A stretch of 64,000 bases of DNA from Antedon mediterranea (taxonomy: Eukaryota; Animalia; Echinodermata): contig NC_092678.1 of assembly GCF_964355755.1 (NCBI RefSeq), forward strand, positions 9,980,352 to 10,044,351, read 5' to 3'. Shown piece by piece: positions 48,821-62,800 of the stretch; positions within the stretch are counted from its first letter, which is position 1, and each line of letters opens with the position of its first letter. Made by a program: the position numbers and the translations under genes. A model generated the notes under the pieces. It made no database searches, had not been told where the DNA came from, and saw only the letters and a list, made by a program, of their open reading frames with translations.

Positions 48821-51769
48821 AACGTCTCAAAATGCGATTTGAAGGTATTCTGAGCACTTTGGTGTTTTTGTGTGAAAAGTTTTAACGAAATGCTCAAAAT
48901 TGTCTAAAACGGTTTCTAATGTGATTTTAAGCACTTTGATGTTTTTGTAAAACCAAGTTTCATCGAAATGAACAAAATGGTCTAAAATGTCTCCAAATGC
49001 GATTTGAAGCTTTTCCAAGCACTTTGCTGTTTTTATGTTAACAAGCTTTTTCGAAAATCACAAAATGGTCTAAAACGTCTCCAAATGCGATTTGAAGATA
49101 TTCTGAGCACTTTGGTGTTTTTATGTTAAAAAGTTTTTTCGAAAATCACAAAATGGTCTAAAACGTCTCCAAATGCGATTTGAAGATATTCTGAGCACTT
49201 TGGTGTTTTTGTGTGAAAAGTTTTAACGAAATGCTCAAAATGGTCTAAAACGGTTCTAATGTGATTTTAAGCACTTTGATGTTTTTGTATAACCAAGTTT
49301 CATCGAAATGCTCAAAATGGTCTAAAACGTTTTTAAAACGATATTAAGCTATTTTGTGCTCTTTGATGTTTTTGTGTAACCAAGTTTTATCGAAATGAAC
49401 AAAATGGTCTAAAACGTCTCCAAATGCGATTTGAAGCTTTTCTAAGCACTTTGCTGTTTTTATGTTAACAAGTTTTTTCGAAAATCACAAAATGGTCTAA
49501 AACGTCTCCAAATGGGATTTGAAGCTTTTCTAAGCACTTTGGTGTTTTTATGTTAACAAGTTTTTTCGAAAAACACAAAATGGTCTAAAACGTCTCCAAA
49601 TGCGATTTGAAGATATTCTGAGCACTTTGGTGTTTTTATGTTAAAAAGTATTTTCGAAAATCACAAAATGGTCTAAAACGTCTCCAAATGCGATTTGAAG
49701 CTCTTCTGTACACTTTGATGTTTTGTGTGAAAAAGTTTAGTCGAAATGCTCAAAATGGTCTAAAACGTTTTTAAAACGATATTAAGCTATTTTGTGCTCT
49801 TTGATGTTTTTGTGTAACCAAGTTTCATCGAAAATCACAAAATGGTCTAAAACGTCTCCAAATGCGATTTGAAGCTTTTCCAAGCACTTTGCTGTTTTTA
49901 TGTTAACAAGTTTTTTCGAAAATCACAAAATGGTCTAAAACGTCTCAAAATGCGATTTGAAGGTATTCTGAGCACTTTGGTGTTTTTGTGTGAAAAGTTT
50001 TAACGAAATGCTCAAAATTGTCTAAAACGGTTTCTAATGTGATTTTAAGCACTTTGATGTTTTTGTAAAACCAAGTTTCATCGAAATGAACAAAATGGTC
50101 TAAAATGTCTCCAAATGCGATTTGAAGCTTTTCCAAGCACTTTGCTGTTTTTATGTTAACAAGCTTTTTCGAAAATCACAAAATGGTCTAAAACGTCTCC
50201 AAATGCGATTTGAAGATATTCTGAGCACTTTGGTGTTTTTATGTTAAAAAGTTTTTTCGAAAATCACAAAATGGTCTAAAACGTCTCCAAATGCGATTTG
50301 AAGATATTCTAAGCACTTTGGTGTTTTTATGTTAACAAGTTTTTTCGAAAATCACAAAATGGTCTAAAACGTCTCCAAATGCGATTTGAAGATATTCTAA
50401 GCACTTTGGTGTTTTTATGTTAACAAGTTTTTTCGAAAATCACAAAATGGTCTAAAACGTCTCCAAATGCGATTTGAAGATATTCTGAGCACTTTGGTGT
50501 TTTTCTGTTAAAAAGTATTTTCGAAAATCACAAAATGGTCTAAAACGTCTCCAAATGCGATTTGAAGATCTTCTGTACACTTTGATGTTTTGTGTGAAAA
50601 AGTTTAGTCGAAATGCTCAAAATGGTCTAAAACGTTTTTAAAACGATATTAAGCTATTTTGTGCTCTTTGATGTTTTTGTGTAACCAAGTTTCATCGAAA
50701 ATCACAAAATGGTCTAAAACGTCTCCAAATGCGATTTGAAGCTTTTCCAAGCACTTTGCTGTTTTTATGTTAACAAGTTTTTTCGAAAATCACAAAATGG
50801 TCTAAAACGTCTCAAAATACGATATTAAGCTGTTTTGTGCACTTTGATGATTTGTGTGAAAAGTTTTAACGAAATGCTCAAAATGGTCTAAAACGGTTTC
50901 TAATGTGATTTTAAGCACTTTGATGTTTTTATGTAGCCAAGTTTTTTCGAAAATCACAAAATGGTCAAAAACGTCTCCAAATGCGATTTGAAGCTTTTCT
51001 AAGCACTTTGGTTTTTTTATGTTAACAAGTTTTTTCGAAAATCACAAAATGGTCTAAAACGTCTTCAAATGCGATTTGAAGATATTCTGAGCACTTTGGT
51101 GTTTTTCTGTTAAAAAGTATTTTCGAAAATCACAAAATGGCCTAAAACGTCTCCAAATGCGATTTGAAGCTATTCTGTACACTTTGATGTTTTGTGTGAA
51201 AAAGTTTTGTCAAAATGCTCAAAATGGTCTAAAACGTTTTTAAAACGATATTAAGCTATTTTGTGCTCTTTGATGTGTTTGTATAACCAAGTTTTTTCGA
51301 AAATCACAAAATGGTCTAAAACGTCTCCAAATGCGATTTGAAGCTTTTCTAAGCACTTTGCTGTTTTTATGTTAACAAGTTTTTTCGAAAATCACAAAAT
51401 GGTCTAAAACGTCTCCAAATGCGATTTGAAGATATTCTGAGCACTTTGGTGTTTTTATGTTAAAAAGTTTTTTCGAAAATCACAAAATGGTCTAAAACGT
51501 CTCCAAATGCGATTTGAAGATATTCTGAGCACTTTGGTGTTTTTATGTTAACAAGTTTTTTCGAAAATCACAAAATGGTCTAAAACGTCTCCAAATGCGA
51601 TTTGAAGCTATTCTGTACACTTTGATGTTTTGTGTGAAAAAGTTTTGTCGAAATGCTCAAAATGGTCTAAAACGTTTTTAAAACGATATTAAGCTATTTT
51701 GTGCTCTTTGATGTTTTTCTGTAACCAAGTTTTATCGAAATGAACAAAATGGTCTAAAACGTCTCCAAA

Positions 51770-54700
51770 TGCGATTTGAAGCTTTTCCAAGCACTTTGCT
51801 GTTTTTATGTTAACAAGTTTTTTCGAAAATCACAAAATGGTCTAAAACGTCTCAAAATGCGATTTGAAGGTATTCTGAGCACTTTGGTGTTTTTGTGTGA
51901 AAAGTTTTAACGAAATGCTCAAAATTGTCTAAAACGGTTTCTAATGTGATTTTAAGCACTTTGATGTTTTTGTAAAACCAAGTTTCATCGAAATGAACAA
52001 AATGGTCTAAAATGTCTCCAAATGCGATTTGAAGCTTTTCCAAGCACTTTGCTGTTTTTATGTTAACAAGCTTTTTCGAAAATCACAAAATGGTCTAAAA
52101 CGTCTCCAAATGCGATTTGAAGATATTCTGAGCACTTTGGTGTTTTTATGTTAAAAAGTTTTTTCGAAAATCACAAAATGGTCTAAAACGTCTCCAAATG
52201 CGATTTGAAGCTATTCTGTACACTTTGATGTTTTGTGTGAAAAAGTTTTGTCGAAATGAACAAAATGGTCTAAAACGTCTCCAAATGCGATTTGAAGCTT
52301 TTCCAAGCACTTTGCTGTTTTTATGTTAACAAGTTTTTTCGAAAATCACAAAATGGTGTAAAACGTCTCAAAATGCGATTTGAAGGTATTCTGAGCACTT
52401 TGGTGTTTTTGTGTGAAAAGTTTTAACGAAATGCTCAAAATGGTCTAAAACGGTTCTAATGTGATTTTAAGCTATTCTAGACACTTTGATGTTTTGTGTG
52501 AAAAAGTTTTCTCGAAATGCTCAAAATGGTCTAAAACGTTTTCCAATACCATATTTTGTGCAATTTGATGTTTTTGTGTAACCAAGTTTTTTGAAATGCG
52601 ATTTGAAGATATTCTGAGGACTCTGGTGTTTTTATGTTAAAAAGTTTTTTCGAAAATCACAAAATGGTCTAAAACGTCTCCAAATGCGATTTGAAGATAT
52701 TCTGAGCACTTTGGTGTTTTTATGTTAAAAAGTTTTTTCGAAAATCACAAAATGGTCTAAAACGTCTCCAAATGCGAGTTGAAGCTATTCTGTACACTTT
52801 GATGTTTTGTGTGAAAAAGTTTTGTCGAAATGCTCAAAATGGTCTAAAACGTTTTTAAAACGATATTAAGCTATTTTGTGCTCTTTGATGTTTTTGTGTA
52901 ACCAAGTTTTTTCGAAAATCACAAAATGGTCTAAAACGTCTCCAAATGCGATTTGAAGCTTTTCTAAGCACTTTGGTGTTTTTATGTTAACAAGTTTTTT
53001 CGCAAATCACAAAATGGTCTAAAACGTCTCCAAATGCGATTTGAAGATATTCTGAGCACATTGGTGTTTTTATGTTAAAAAAGTTTTTTCGAAAATCACA
53101 AAATGGTCTAAAACGTTTCCAAATGCGATTTGAAGCTCTTCTGTACACTTTGATGTTTTGTGTGAAAAAGTTTTTTCGAAATGCTCAAAATGGTCTAAAA
53201 CGTTTTTAAATACGATATTAAGCTGTTTTGTGCACTTTGATGGTTTGTGTGAAAAGTTTTAACGAAATGCTCAAAATGGTCAAAAACGGTTTCTAATGTG
53301 ATTTTAAGCACTTTGATGTTTTTGTGTAACCAAGTTTTTTCGAAAATCACAAATTGGTCTAAAACGTCTCCAAATGCGATTTGAAGCTTTTCTAAACACT
53401 TTGGTGCTTTTATGTTAACAAGTTTTTTCGAAAATCACAAAATGGTCTAAAACGTCTCCAAATGCGATTTGAAGCTTTTCTAAACACTTTGGTGTTTTTA
53501 TGTTAACAAGTTTTTTCGAAAATCACAAAATGGTCTAAAACGTCTTCAAATGCGATTTGAAGATATTCTGAGCACTTTGGTGTTTTTCTGTTAAAAAGTT
53601 TTTTCGAAAATCACAAAATGGTCTAAAACGTCTCCAAATGCGATTTGAAGCTCTTCTGTACACTTTGATGTTTTGTGTGAAAAAGTTTTCTCGAAATGCT
53701 CAAAATGGTCTAAAACGTTTTCCAATACCATAATAAGCTATTTTGTGCAATTTGATGTTTTTATGTAACCAAGTTTTTTGAAATGCGATTTGAAGATATT
53801 CTGAGCACTTTGGTGTTTTTATGTTAAAAAGTTTTTTCGAAAATCACAAAATGGTCTAAAACGTCTCCAAATGCGATTTGAAGATATTCTGAGCACTTTG
53901 GTGTTTTTATGTTAAAAAGTTTTTTCGAAAATCACAAAATGGTCTAAAACGTCTCCAAATGCGATTTGAAGCTATTCTGTACACTTTGATGTTTTGTGTG
54001 AAAAAGTTTTGTCGAAATGCTCAAAATGGTCTAAAACGTTTTTAAAACGATATTAAGCTATTATGTGCTCTTTGATGTTTTTGTGTAACCAAGTTTTTTC
54101 GAAAATCACAAAATGGTCTAAAACGTCTCCAAATGCGATTTGAAGCTTTTCTAAGCACTTTGGTGTTTTTATGTTAACAAGTTTTTTCGAAAATCACAAA
54201 ATGGTCTAAAACGTCTCAAAATGCGATTTGAAGGTATTCTGAGCACTTTGGTGTTTTTGTGTGAAAAGTTTTAACGAAATGCTCAAAATGGTCTAAAACG
54301 GTTTCTAATGTGATTTTAAGCACTTTGATGTTTTTGTGTAACCAAGTTTTTTCGAAAATCACAAAATGGTCTAAAACGTCTCCAAATGCGATTTGAAGCT
54401 ATTCTGTACACTTTGATGTTTTGTGTGAAAAAAGTTTTGTCGAAATGCTCAAAATGGTCTAAAACGTTTTTAAAACGATATTGAGCTATTTTGTGCTCTT
54501 TGATGTTTTTGTGTAACCAAGTTTTATCGAAATGAACAAAATGGTCTAAAACGTCTCCAAATGCGATTTGAAGCTTTTCCAAGCACTTTGCTGTTTTTAT
54601 ATTAAGTTTTTTCGAAAATCACAAAATGGTCTAAAACGTCTCTAAATGCGATTTGAAGGTATTCTGAGCAATTTGGTGTTTTTGTGTGAAAAGTTTTAAC

Positions 54701-57700
54701 GAAATGCTCAAAATTGTCTAAAACGGTTTCTAATGTGATTTTAAGCACTTTGATGTTTTTGTAAAACCAAGTTTCATCGAAATGCACAAAATGGTCTAAA
54801 ACGTCTCCAAATGCGATTTGAAGCTATTCTGTACACTTTGATGTTTTGTGTGAAAAAAGTTTTGTCGAAATGCTCAAAATGGTCTAAAACGTTTTTAAAA
54901 CGATATTAAGCTATTTTGTGCTCTTTGATGATTTTGTGTAACCAAGTTTTATCGAAATGAACAAAATGGTCTAAAACGTCTCCAAATGCGATTTGAAGCT
55001 TTTCCAAGCACTTTGCTGTTTTTATGTTAACAGGTTTTTTCGAAAATCACAAAATGGTCTAAAACGTCTCAAAATGCGATTTGAAGGTATTCTGAGCACT
55101 TTGGTGTTTTTGTGTGAAAAGTTTTAACGAAATGCTCAAAATTGTCTAAAACGGTTTCTAATGTGATTTTAAGCACTTTGATGTTTTTGTAAAACCAAGT
55201 TTCATCGAAATGCACAAAATGGTCTAAAATGTCTCCAAATGCGATTTGAAGCTTTTCCAAGCACTTTGCTGTTTTTATGTTAACAAGCTTTTTCGAAAAT
55301 CACAAAAGGGTCTAAAACGTCTCCAAATGTGATTTGAAGATATTCTGAGCACTTTGGTATTTTTATGTTAAAAAGTTTTTTCGAAAATCACAAAATGGTC
55401 TAAAACGTCTCCAAATGCGATTTGAAGATATTCTGAGCACTTTGGTGTTTTTATGTTAAAAAGTTTTTTCGAAAATCACAAAATGGTCTAAAACGTCTCC
55501 AAATGCGATTTGAAGCTATTCTGTACACTTTGATGTTTTGTGTGAAAAAGTTTTGTCGAAATGCTCAAAATGGTTTAAAACGTTTTTAAAACGATATTAA
55601 GCTATTTTGTGCTCTTTGATGTTTTTGTATAACCAAGTTTCATCGAAATGCACAAAATGGTCTAAAACGTCTCCAAATACGATTTGAAGCTTTTCCAAGC
55701 ACGTTGCTGTTTTTATGTTAACAAGTTTTTTCGAAAATCACAAAATTGTCTAAAACGTCTCAAAATGCGATTTGAAGGTATTCTGAGCACTTTGGTGTTT
55801 TTGTGTGAAAAGTTTTAACGAAAAGCTCAAAATGGTCTAAAACGGTTCTAATGTGATTTTAAGCACTTTGATGTTTTTGTACAACCAAGTTTCATCGAAA
55901 TGCTCAAAATGGTCTAAAACGTTTTTAAAACGATATTAAGCTATTTTGTGCTCTTTGATGTTTTTGTGTAACCAAGTTTTTTTCGAAAATCACAAAATGG
56001 TCTAAAACGTCTCCAAATGCGATTTGAAGCTTTTCTAAGCACTTTGGTGTTTTTATGTTAACAAGTTTTTTCGAAAATCGCAAAATGGTCTAAAACGTCT
56101 CAAAATGCGATTTGAAGGTATTCTGAGCACTTTGGTGTTTTTGTGTGAAAAGTTTTAACGAAATGCTCAAAATGGTCTAAAACGGTTTCTAATGTGATTT
56201 TAACCACTTTGATGTTTTTGTGTAACCAAGTTCTTTTCGAAAATCACAAAATGGTCTAAAACGTCTCCAAATGCGATTTGAAGCTTTTCTAAGCACTTTG
56301 GTGTTTTTATGTTAACAAGTTTTTTCGAAAATCACAAAATGGTCTAAAACGTCTCAAAATGCGATTTGAAGGTATTCTGAGCACTTTGGTGTTTTTGTGT
56401 GAAAAGTTTTAACGAAATGCTCAAAATGGTCTAAAACGGTTTCTAATGTGATTTTAACCACTTTGATGTTTTTGTGTAACCAAGTTTTTTCGAAAATCAC
56501 AAAATGGTCTAAAACGTCTCCAAATGCGATTTGAAGCTTTTCTAAGCACTTTGGTGTTTTTATGTTAACAAGTTTTTTCGAAAATCACAAAATGGTCTAA
56601 AACGTCTCCAAATGCGATTTGAAGCTATTCTGTACACTTTGATGTTTTGTGTGAAAAAAGTTTTGTCGAAATGCTCAAAATGGTCTAAAACGTTTTTAAA
56701 ACGATATTAAGCTATTTTGTGCTCTTTGATGTTTTTGTGTAACCAAGTTTTATCGAAATGAACAAAATGTTCTAAAACGTCTCCAAATGCGATTTGAAGC
56801 TTTTCCAAGCACTTTGCTGTTTTTATGTTAAGTTTTTTCGAAAATCACAAATTGGTCTAAAACGTCTCTAAATGCGAGTTGAAGGTATTCTGAGCACTTT
56901 GGTGTTTTTGTGTGAAAAGTTTTAACGAAATGCTCAAAATTGTCTAAAACGGTTTCTAATGTGATTTTAAGCACTTTGATGTTTTTGTAAAACCAAGTTT
57001 CATCGAAATGCACAAAATGGTCTAAAACGTCTCCAAATGCGATTTGAAGCTTTTCCAAGCACTTTGCTGTTTTTATGTTAACAAGCTTTTTCGAAAATCA
57101 CAAAATGGTCTAAAACGTCTCCAAATGCGATTTGAAGATATTCTGAGCACTTTGGTGTTTTTATGTTAAAAAGTTTTTTCGAAAATCACAAAATGGTCTA
57201 AAACGTCTCCAAATGCGATTTGAAGCTCTTCTGTACACTTTGATGTTTTGTGTGAATAAGTTTTGTCAAAATGCTCAAAATGGTCTAAAACGTTTTTAAA
57301 ACGATATTAAGCTATTTTGTGCTCTTTGATGTTTTTGTATAACCAAGTTTTTTCGAAAATCACAAAAATGTCTAAAACGTCTCCAAATGCGATTTGAAGA
57401 TATTCTGAGCACTTTGGTGTTTTTATGTTAAAAAGTTTTTTCGAAAATCACAAAATGGTCTAAAACGTCTCCAAATGCGATTTGAAGATATTCTGAGCAC
57501 TTTGGTGTTTTGTGTGAAAAGTTTTGTCGAAATGCTCAAAATGGTCTAAAACGTTTTTAAAACGATATTAAGCTATTTTGTGCTCTTTGATGTTTTTGTG
57601 TAACCAAGTTTCATCGAAATGAACAAAATGGTCTAAAACGTCTCCAAATGCGATTTGAAGCTTTTCTAAGCACTTTGGTGTTTTTATGTTAACAAGTTTT

Positions 57701-59830
57701 TTCGAAAATCACAAAATGGTCTAAAACGTCTCCAAATGCGATTTGAAGATATTCTGAGCACTTTGCTGTTTTTATGTTAACAAGTTTTTTCGAAAATCAC
57801 AAAATGGTCTAAAACGTCTCAAAATGCTATTTGAAGGTATTCTGAGCACTTTGGTGTTTTTGTGTGAAAAGTTTTAACGAAATGCTCAAAATGGTCTAAA
57901 ACGGTTCTAATGTGATTTTAAGCACTTTGATGTTTTTGTATAACCAAGTTTCATCGAAATGCTCAAAATGGTCTAAAACGTTTTTAAAACGATATTAAGC
58001 TATTTTGTGCTCTTTGATGTTTTTGTGTAACGAAGTTTCATCGAAATGAACAAAATGGTCTAAAACGTCTCCAAATGCGATTTGAAGCTTTTCCAAGCAC
58101 TTTGCTGTTTTTATGTTAACAAGTTTTTTCGAAAATCACAAAATGGCCTAAAACGTCTCAAAATGCGATTTCAAGGTATTCTGAGCACTTTGGTGTTTTT
58201 GTGTGAAAGGTTTTAACGAAATGCTCAAAATGGTCTAAAACGGTTTCTAATGTGATTTTAAGCACTTTGATGTTTTTGTATAACCAAGTTTCATCGAAAT
58301 GCACAAAATGGTCTAAAACGTCTCCAAATGCGATTTGAAGCTTTTCTAAGCACTTTGCTGTTTTTATGTTAAAAAGTTTTTTCGAAAATCACAAAATGGT
58401 CTAAAACGTCTCCAAATGCGATTTGAAGATATTCTGAGCACTTTGGTGTTTTTATGTTAAAAAGTTTTTTCGAAAATCACAAAATGGTCTAAAACGTCTC
58501 CAAATGCGATTTGAAGATATTCTGAGCACTTTGGTGTTTTTATGTTAAAAAGTTTTTTCGAAAATCACAAAATGGTCTAAAACGTCTCCAAATGCGATTT
58601 GAAGCTATTCTGTACACTTTGATGTTTTGTGTGAAAAAGTTTTGTCGAAATGCTCAAAATGGTCTAAAACGTTTTTAAAACGATATTAAGCTATTTTGTG
58701 CTCTTTGATGTTTTTGTGTAACCAAGTTTTATCGAAATGAACAAAATGGTCTAAAACGTCTCCAAATGCGATTTGAAGCTTTTCTAAGCACTTTGCTGTT
58801 TTTATGTTAACAAGTTTTTTCGAAAATCACAAAATGGTCTAAAACGTCTCCAAATGGGATTTGAAGCTTTTCTAAGCACTTTGGTGTTTTTATGTTAACA
58901 AGTTTTTTCGAAAAACACAAAATGGTCTAAAACGTCTCCAAATGCGATTTGAAGATATTCTGAGCACTTTGGTGTTTTTATGTTAAAAAGTATTTTCGAA
59001 AATCACAAAATGGTCTAAAACGTCTCCAAATGCGATTTGAAGCTCTTCTGTACACTTTGATGTTTTGTGTGAAAAAGTTTAGTCGAAATGCTCAAAATGG
59101 TCTAAAACGTTTTTAAAACGATATTAAGCTATTTTGTGCTCTTTGATGTTTTTGTGTAACCAAGTTTCATCGAAAATCACAAAATGGTCTAAAACGTCTC
59201 CAAATGCGATTTGAAGCTTTTCCAAGCACTTTGCTGTTTTTATGTTAACAAGTTTTTTCGAAAATCACAAAATGGTCTAAAACGTCTCAAAATGCGATTT
59301 GAAGGTATTCTGAGCACTTTGGTGTTTTTGTGTGAAAAGTTTTAACGAAATGCTCAAAATTGTCTAAAACGGTTTCTAATGTGATTTTAAGCACTTTGAT
59401 GTTTTTGTAAAACCAAGTTTCATCGAAATGAACAAAATGGTCTAAAATGTCTCCAAATGCGATTTGAAGCTTTTCCAAGCACTTTGCTGTTTTTATGTTA
59501 ACAAGCTTTTTCGAAAATCACAAAATGGTCTAAAACGTCTCCAAATGCGATTTGAAGATATTCTGAGCACTTTGGTGTTTTTATGTTAAAAAGTTTTTTC
59601 GAAAATCACAAAATGGTCTAAAACGTCTCCAAATGCGATTTGAAGATATTCTAAGCACTTTGGTGTTTTTATGTTAACAAGTTTTTTCGAAAATCACAAA
59701 ATGGTCTAAAACGTCTCCAAATGCGATTTGAAGATATTCTAAGCACTTTGGTGTTTTTATGTTAACAAGTTTTTTCGAAAATCACAAAATGGTCTAAAAC
59801 GTCTCCAAATGCGATTTGAAGATATTCTGA
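51770..59830. repeat. ~8.1-kb block, copy 2 of the dispersed duplication of ~27800-36050
   Basis: Same private variants in the same order: GGTGTAAAA, GGACTCTGG, CGCAAATC, CACATTGG, GATGGTTTG, GGTGCTTTT, ATTGAGC, AAAAGGGTC. Confidence 0.9.
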
Positions 59831-62800
59831 GCACTTTGGTGTTTTTATGTTAAAAAGTATTTTCGAAAATCACAAAATGGTCTAAAACGTCTCCAAATGC
59901 GATTTGAAGCTCTTCTGTACACTTTGATGTTTTGTGTGAAAAAGTTTAGTCGAAATGCTCAAAATGGTCTAAAACGTTTTTAAAACGATATTAAGCTATT
60001 TTGTGCTCTTTGATGTTTTTGTGTAACCAAGTTTCATCGAAAATCACAAAATGGTCTAAAACGTCTCCAAATGCGATTTGAAGCTTTTCCAAGCACTTTG
60101 CTGTTTTTATGTTAACAAGTTTTTTCGAAAATCACAAAATGGTCTAAAACGTCTCAAAATACGATAATAAGCTGTTTTGTGCACTTTGATGATTTGTGTG
60201 AAAAGTTTTAACGAAATGCTCAAAATGGTCTAAAACGGTTTCTAATGTGATTTTAAGCACTTTGATGTTTTTATGTAGCCAAGTTTTTTCGAAAATCACA
60301 AAATGGTCAAAAACGTCTCCAAATGCGATTTGAAGCTTTTCTAAGCACTTTGGTGTTTTTATGTTAACAAGTTTTTTCGAAAATCACAAAATGGTCTAAA
60401 ACGTCTCAAAATGCAATTTGAAGCTATTCTGTACACTTTGATGTTTTGTGTGAAAAAGTTTTGTCAAAATGCTCAAAATGGTCTAAAACGTTTTTAAAAC
60501 GATATTAAGCTATTTTGTGCTCTTTGATGTTTTTGTATAACCAAGTTTTTTCGAAAATCACAAAATGGTCTAAAACGTCTCCAAATGCGATTTGAAGCTT
60601 TTCTAAACACTTTGGTGTTTTTATGTTAACAAGTTTTTTCGAAAATCACAAAATGGTCTAAAACGTCTCCAAATCCGATTTGAAGCTATTCTGTACACTT
60701 TGATGTTTTGTGTGAAAAAGTTTTGTCGAAATGCTCAAAATGGTCTAAAACGTTTTTAAAACGATATTAAGCTATTTTGTGCTCTTTGATGTTTTTGTGT
60801 AACCAAGTTTCATCGATATGAACAAAATGGTCTAAAACGTCTCAAAATGCGATTTGAAGGTATTCTGAGCACTTTGGTGTTTTTGGGTGAAAAGTTTTAA
60901 CGAAATGCTCAAAATGGTCTAAAACGGTTTCTAATGTGATTTTAAGCACTTTGAAGTATTTGTAAAAACAAGTTTCATCGAAATGCACAAAATAGTCTAA
61001 AACGTCTTCAAATGCGATTTGAAGCTTTTCTAAGCACTTTGGTGTTTTTATGTTAACAAGTTTTTTCGAAAATCACAAAATGGTCTAAAACGTCTCCAAA
61101 TGCGATTTGAAGATATTCTGAGCACTTTGGTGTTTTTATGTTAAAAAGTATTTTCGAAAATCACAAAATGGTCTAAAACGTCTCCAAATGCGATTTGAAG
61201 CTCTTCTGTACACTTTGATGTTTTGTGTGAAAAAGTTTAGTCGAAATGCTCAAAATGGTCTATAACGTTTTTAAAACGATATTAAGCTATTTTGTGCTCT
61301 TTGATGTTTTTGTGTAACCAAGTTTCATCGAAAATCACAAAATGGTCTAAAACGTCTCCAAATGCGATTTGAAGATATTCTGAGCACTTTGGTGTTTTTA
61401 TGTTAACAAGTTTTTTCGAAAATCACAAAATGGTCTAAAACGTCTCCAAATGCGATTTGAAGATATTCTGAGCACTTTGGTGTTTTTATGTTAAAAAGTT
61501 TTTTCGAAAATCACAAAATGGTCTAAAACGTCTCCAAATGCGATTTGAAGCTATTCTATACACTTTGATGTTTTGTGTTAAAAAGTTTTGTCGAAATGCT
61601 CAAAATGGTTTAAAACGTTTTTAAAACGATATTAAGCTATTTTGTGCTCTTTGATGTTTTTGTGTAACCAAGTTTCATCGAAATGAACAAAATGGTCTAA
61701 AACGTCTCCAAATGCGATTTGAAGCTTTTCCAAGCACTTTGCTGTTTTTATGTTAACAAGTTTTTTCGAAAATCACAAAATTGTCTAAAACGTCTCAAAA
61801 TGCGATTTGAAGGTATTCTGAGCACTTTGGTGTTTTTGTGTGAAAAGTTTTAACGAAAAGCTCAAAATGGTCTAAAACGGTTCTAATGTGATTTTAAGCA
61901 CTTTGATGTTTTTGTACAACCAAGTTTCATCGAAATGCTCAAAATGGTCTAAAACGTTTTTAAAACGATATTAAGCTATTTTGTGCTCTTTGATGTTTTT
62001 GTGTAACCAAGTTTTTTCGAAAATCACAAAATGGTCTAAAACGTCTCCAAATGCGATTTGAAGCTTTTCTAAGCACTTTGGTGTTTTTATGTTAACAAGT
62101 TTTTTCGAAAATCACAAAATGGTCTAAAACGTCTCCAAATGCGATTTGAAGATATTCTGAGCACTTTGGTGTTTTTCTGTTAAAAAGTATTTTCGAAAAT
62201 CACAAAATGGTCTAAAACGTCTCCAAATGCAATTTGAAGCTATTCTGTACACTTTGATGTTTTGTGTGAAAAAGTTTTGTCAAAATGCTCAAAATGGTCT
62301 AAAACGTTTTTAAAACGATATTAAGCTATTTTGTGCTCTTTGATGTTTTTGTATAACCAAGTTTTTTCGAAATGAACAAAATGGTCTAAAACGTCTCCAA
62401 ATGCGATTTGAAGCTTTTCTAAACACTTTGGTGTTTTTATGTTAACAAGTTTTTTCGAAAATCACAAAATGGTCTAAAACGTCTCCAAATCCGATTTGAA
62501 GCTATTCTGTACACTTTGATGTTTTGTGTGAAAAAGTTTTGTCGAAATGCTCAAAATGGTCTAAAACGTTTTTAAAACGATATTAAGCTATTTTGTGCTC
62601 TTTGATGTTTTTGTGTAACCAAGTTTCATCGATATGAACAAAATGGTCTAAAACGTCTCAAAATGCGATTTGAAGGTATTCTGAGCACTTTGGTGTTTTT
62701 GGGTGAAAAGTTTTAACGAAATGCTCAAAATGGTCTAAAACGGTTTCTAATGTGATTTTAAGCACTTTGAAGTATTTGTAAAAACAAGTTTCATCGAAAT

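Noticed and set aside
3046-59478. 28 minus-strand ORFs of 61-88 aa (MEKLQIAF.../MHFDETW...)
   Set aside because: They are translations of 2-3 adjacent monomers. The ATG-like starts are often TTG/GTG, the 87- and 78-bp monomers keep frame only because they are multiples of 3, and 88-bp monomers break it. No recognisable domain or gene context. Useful only as duplication markers.
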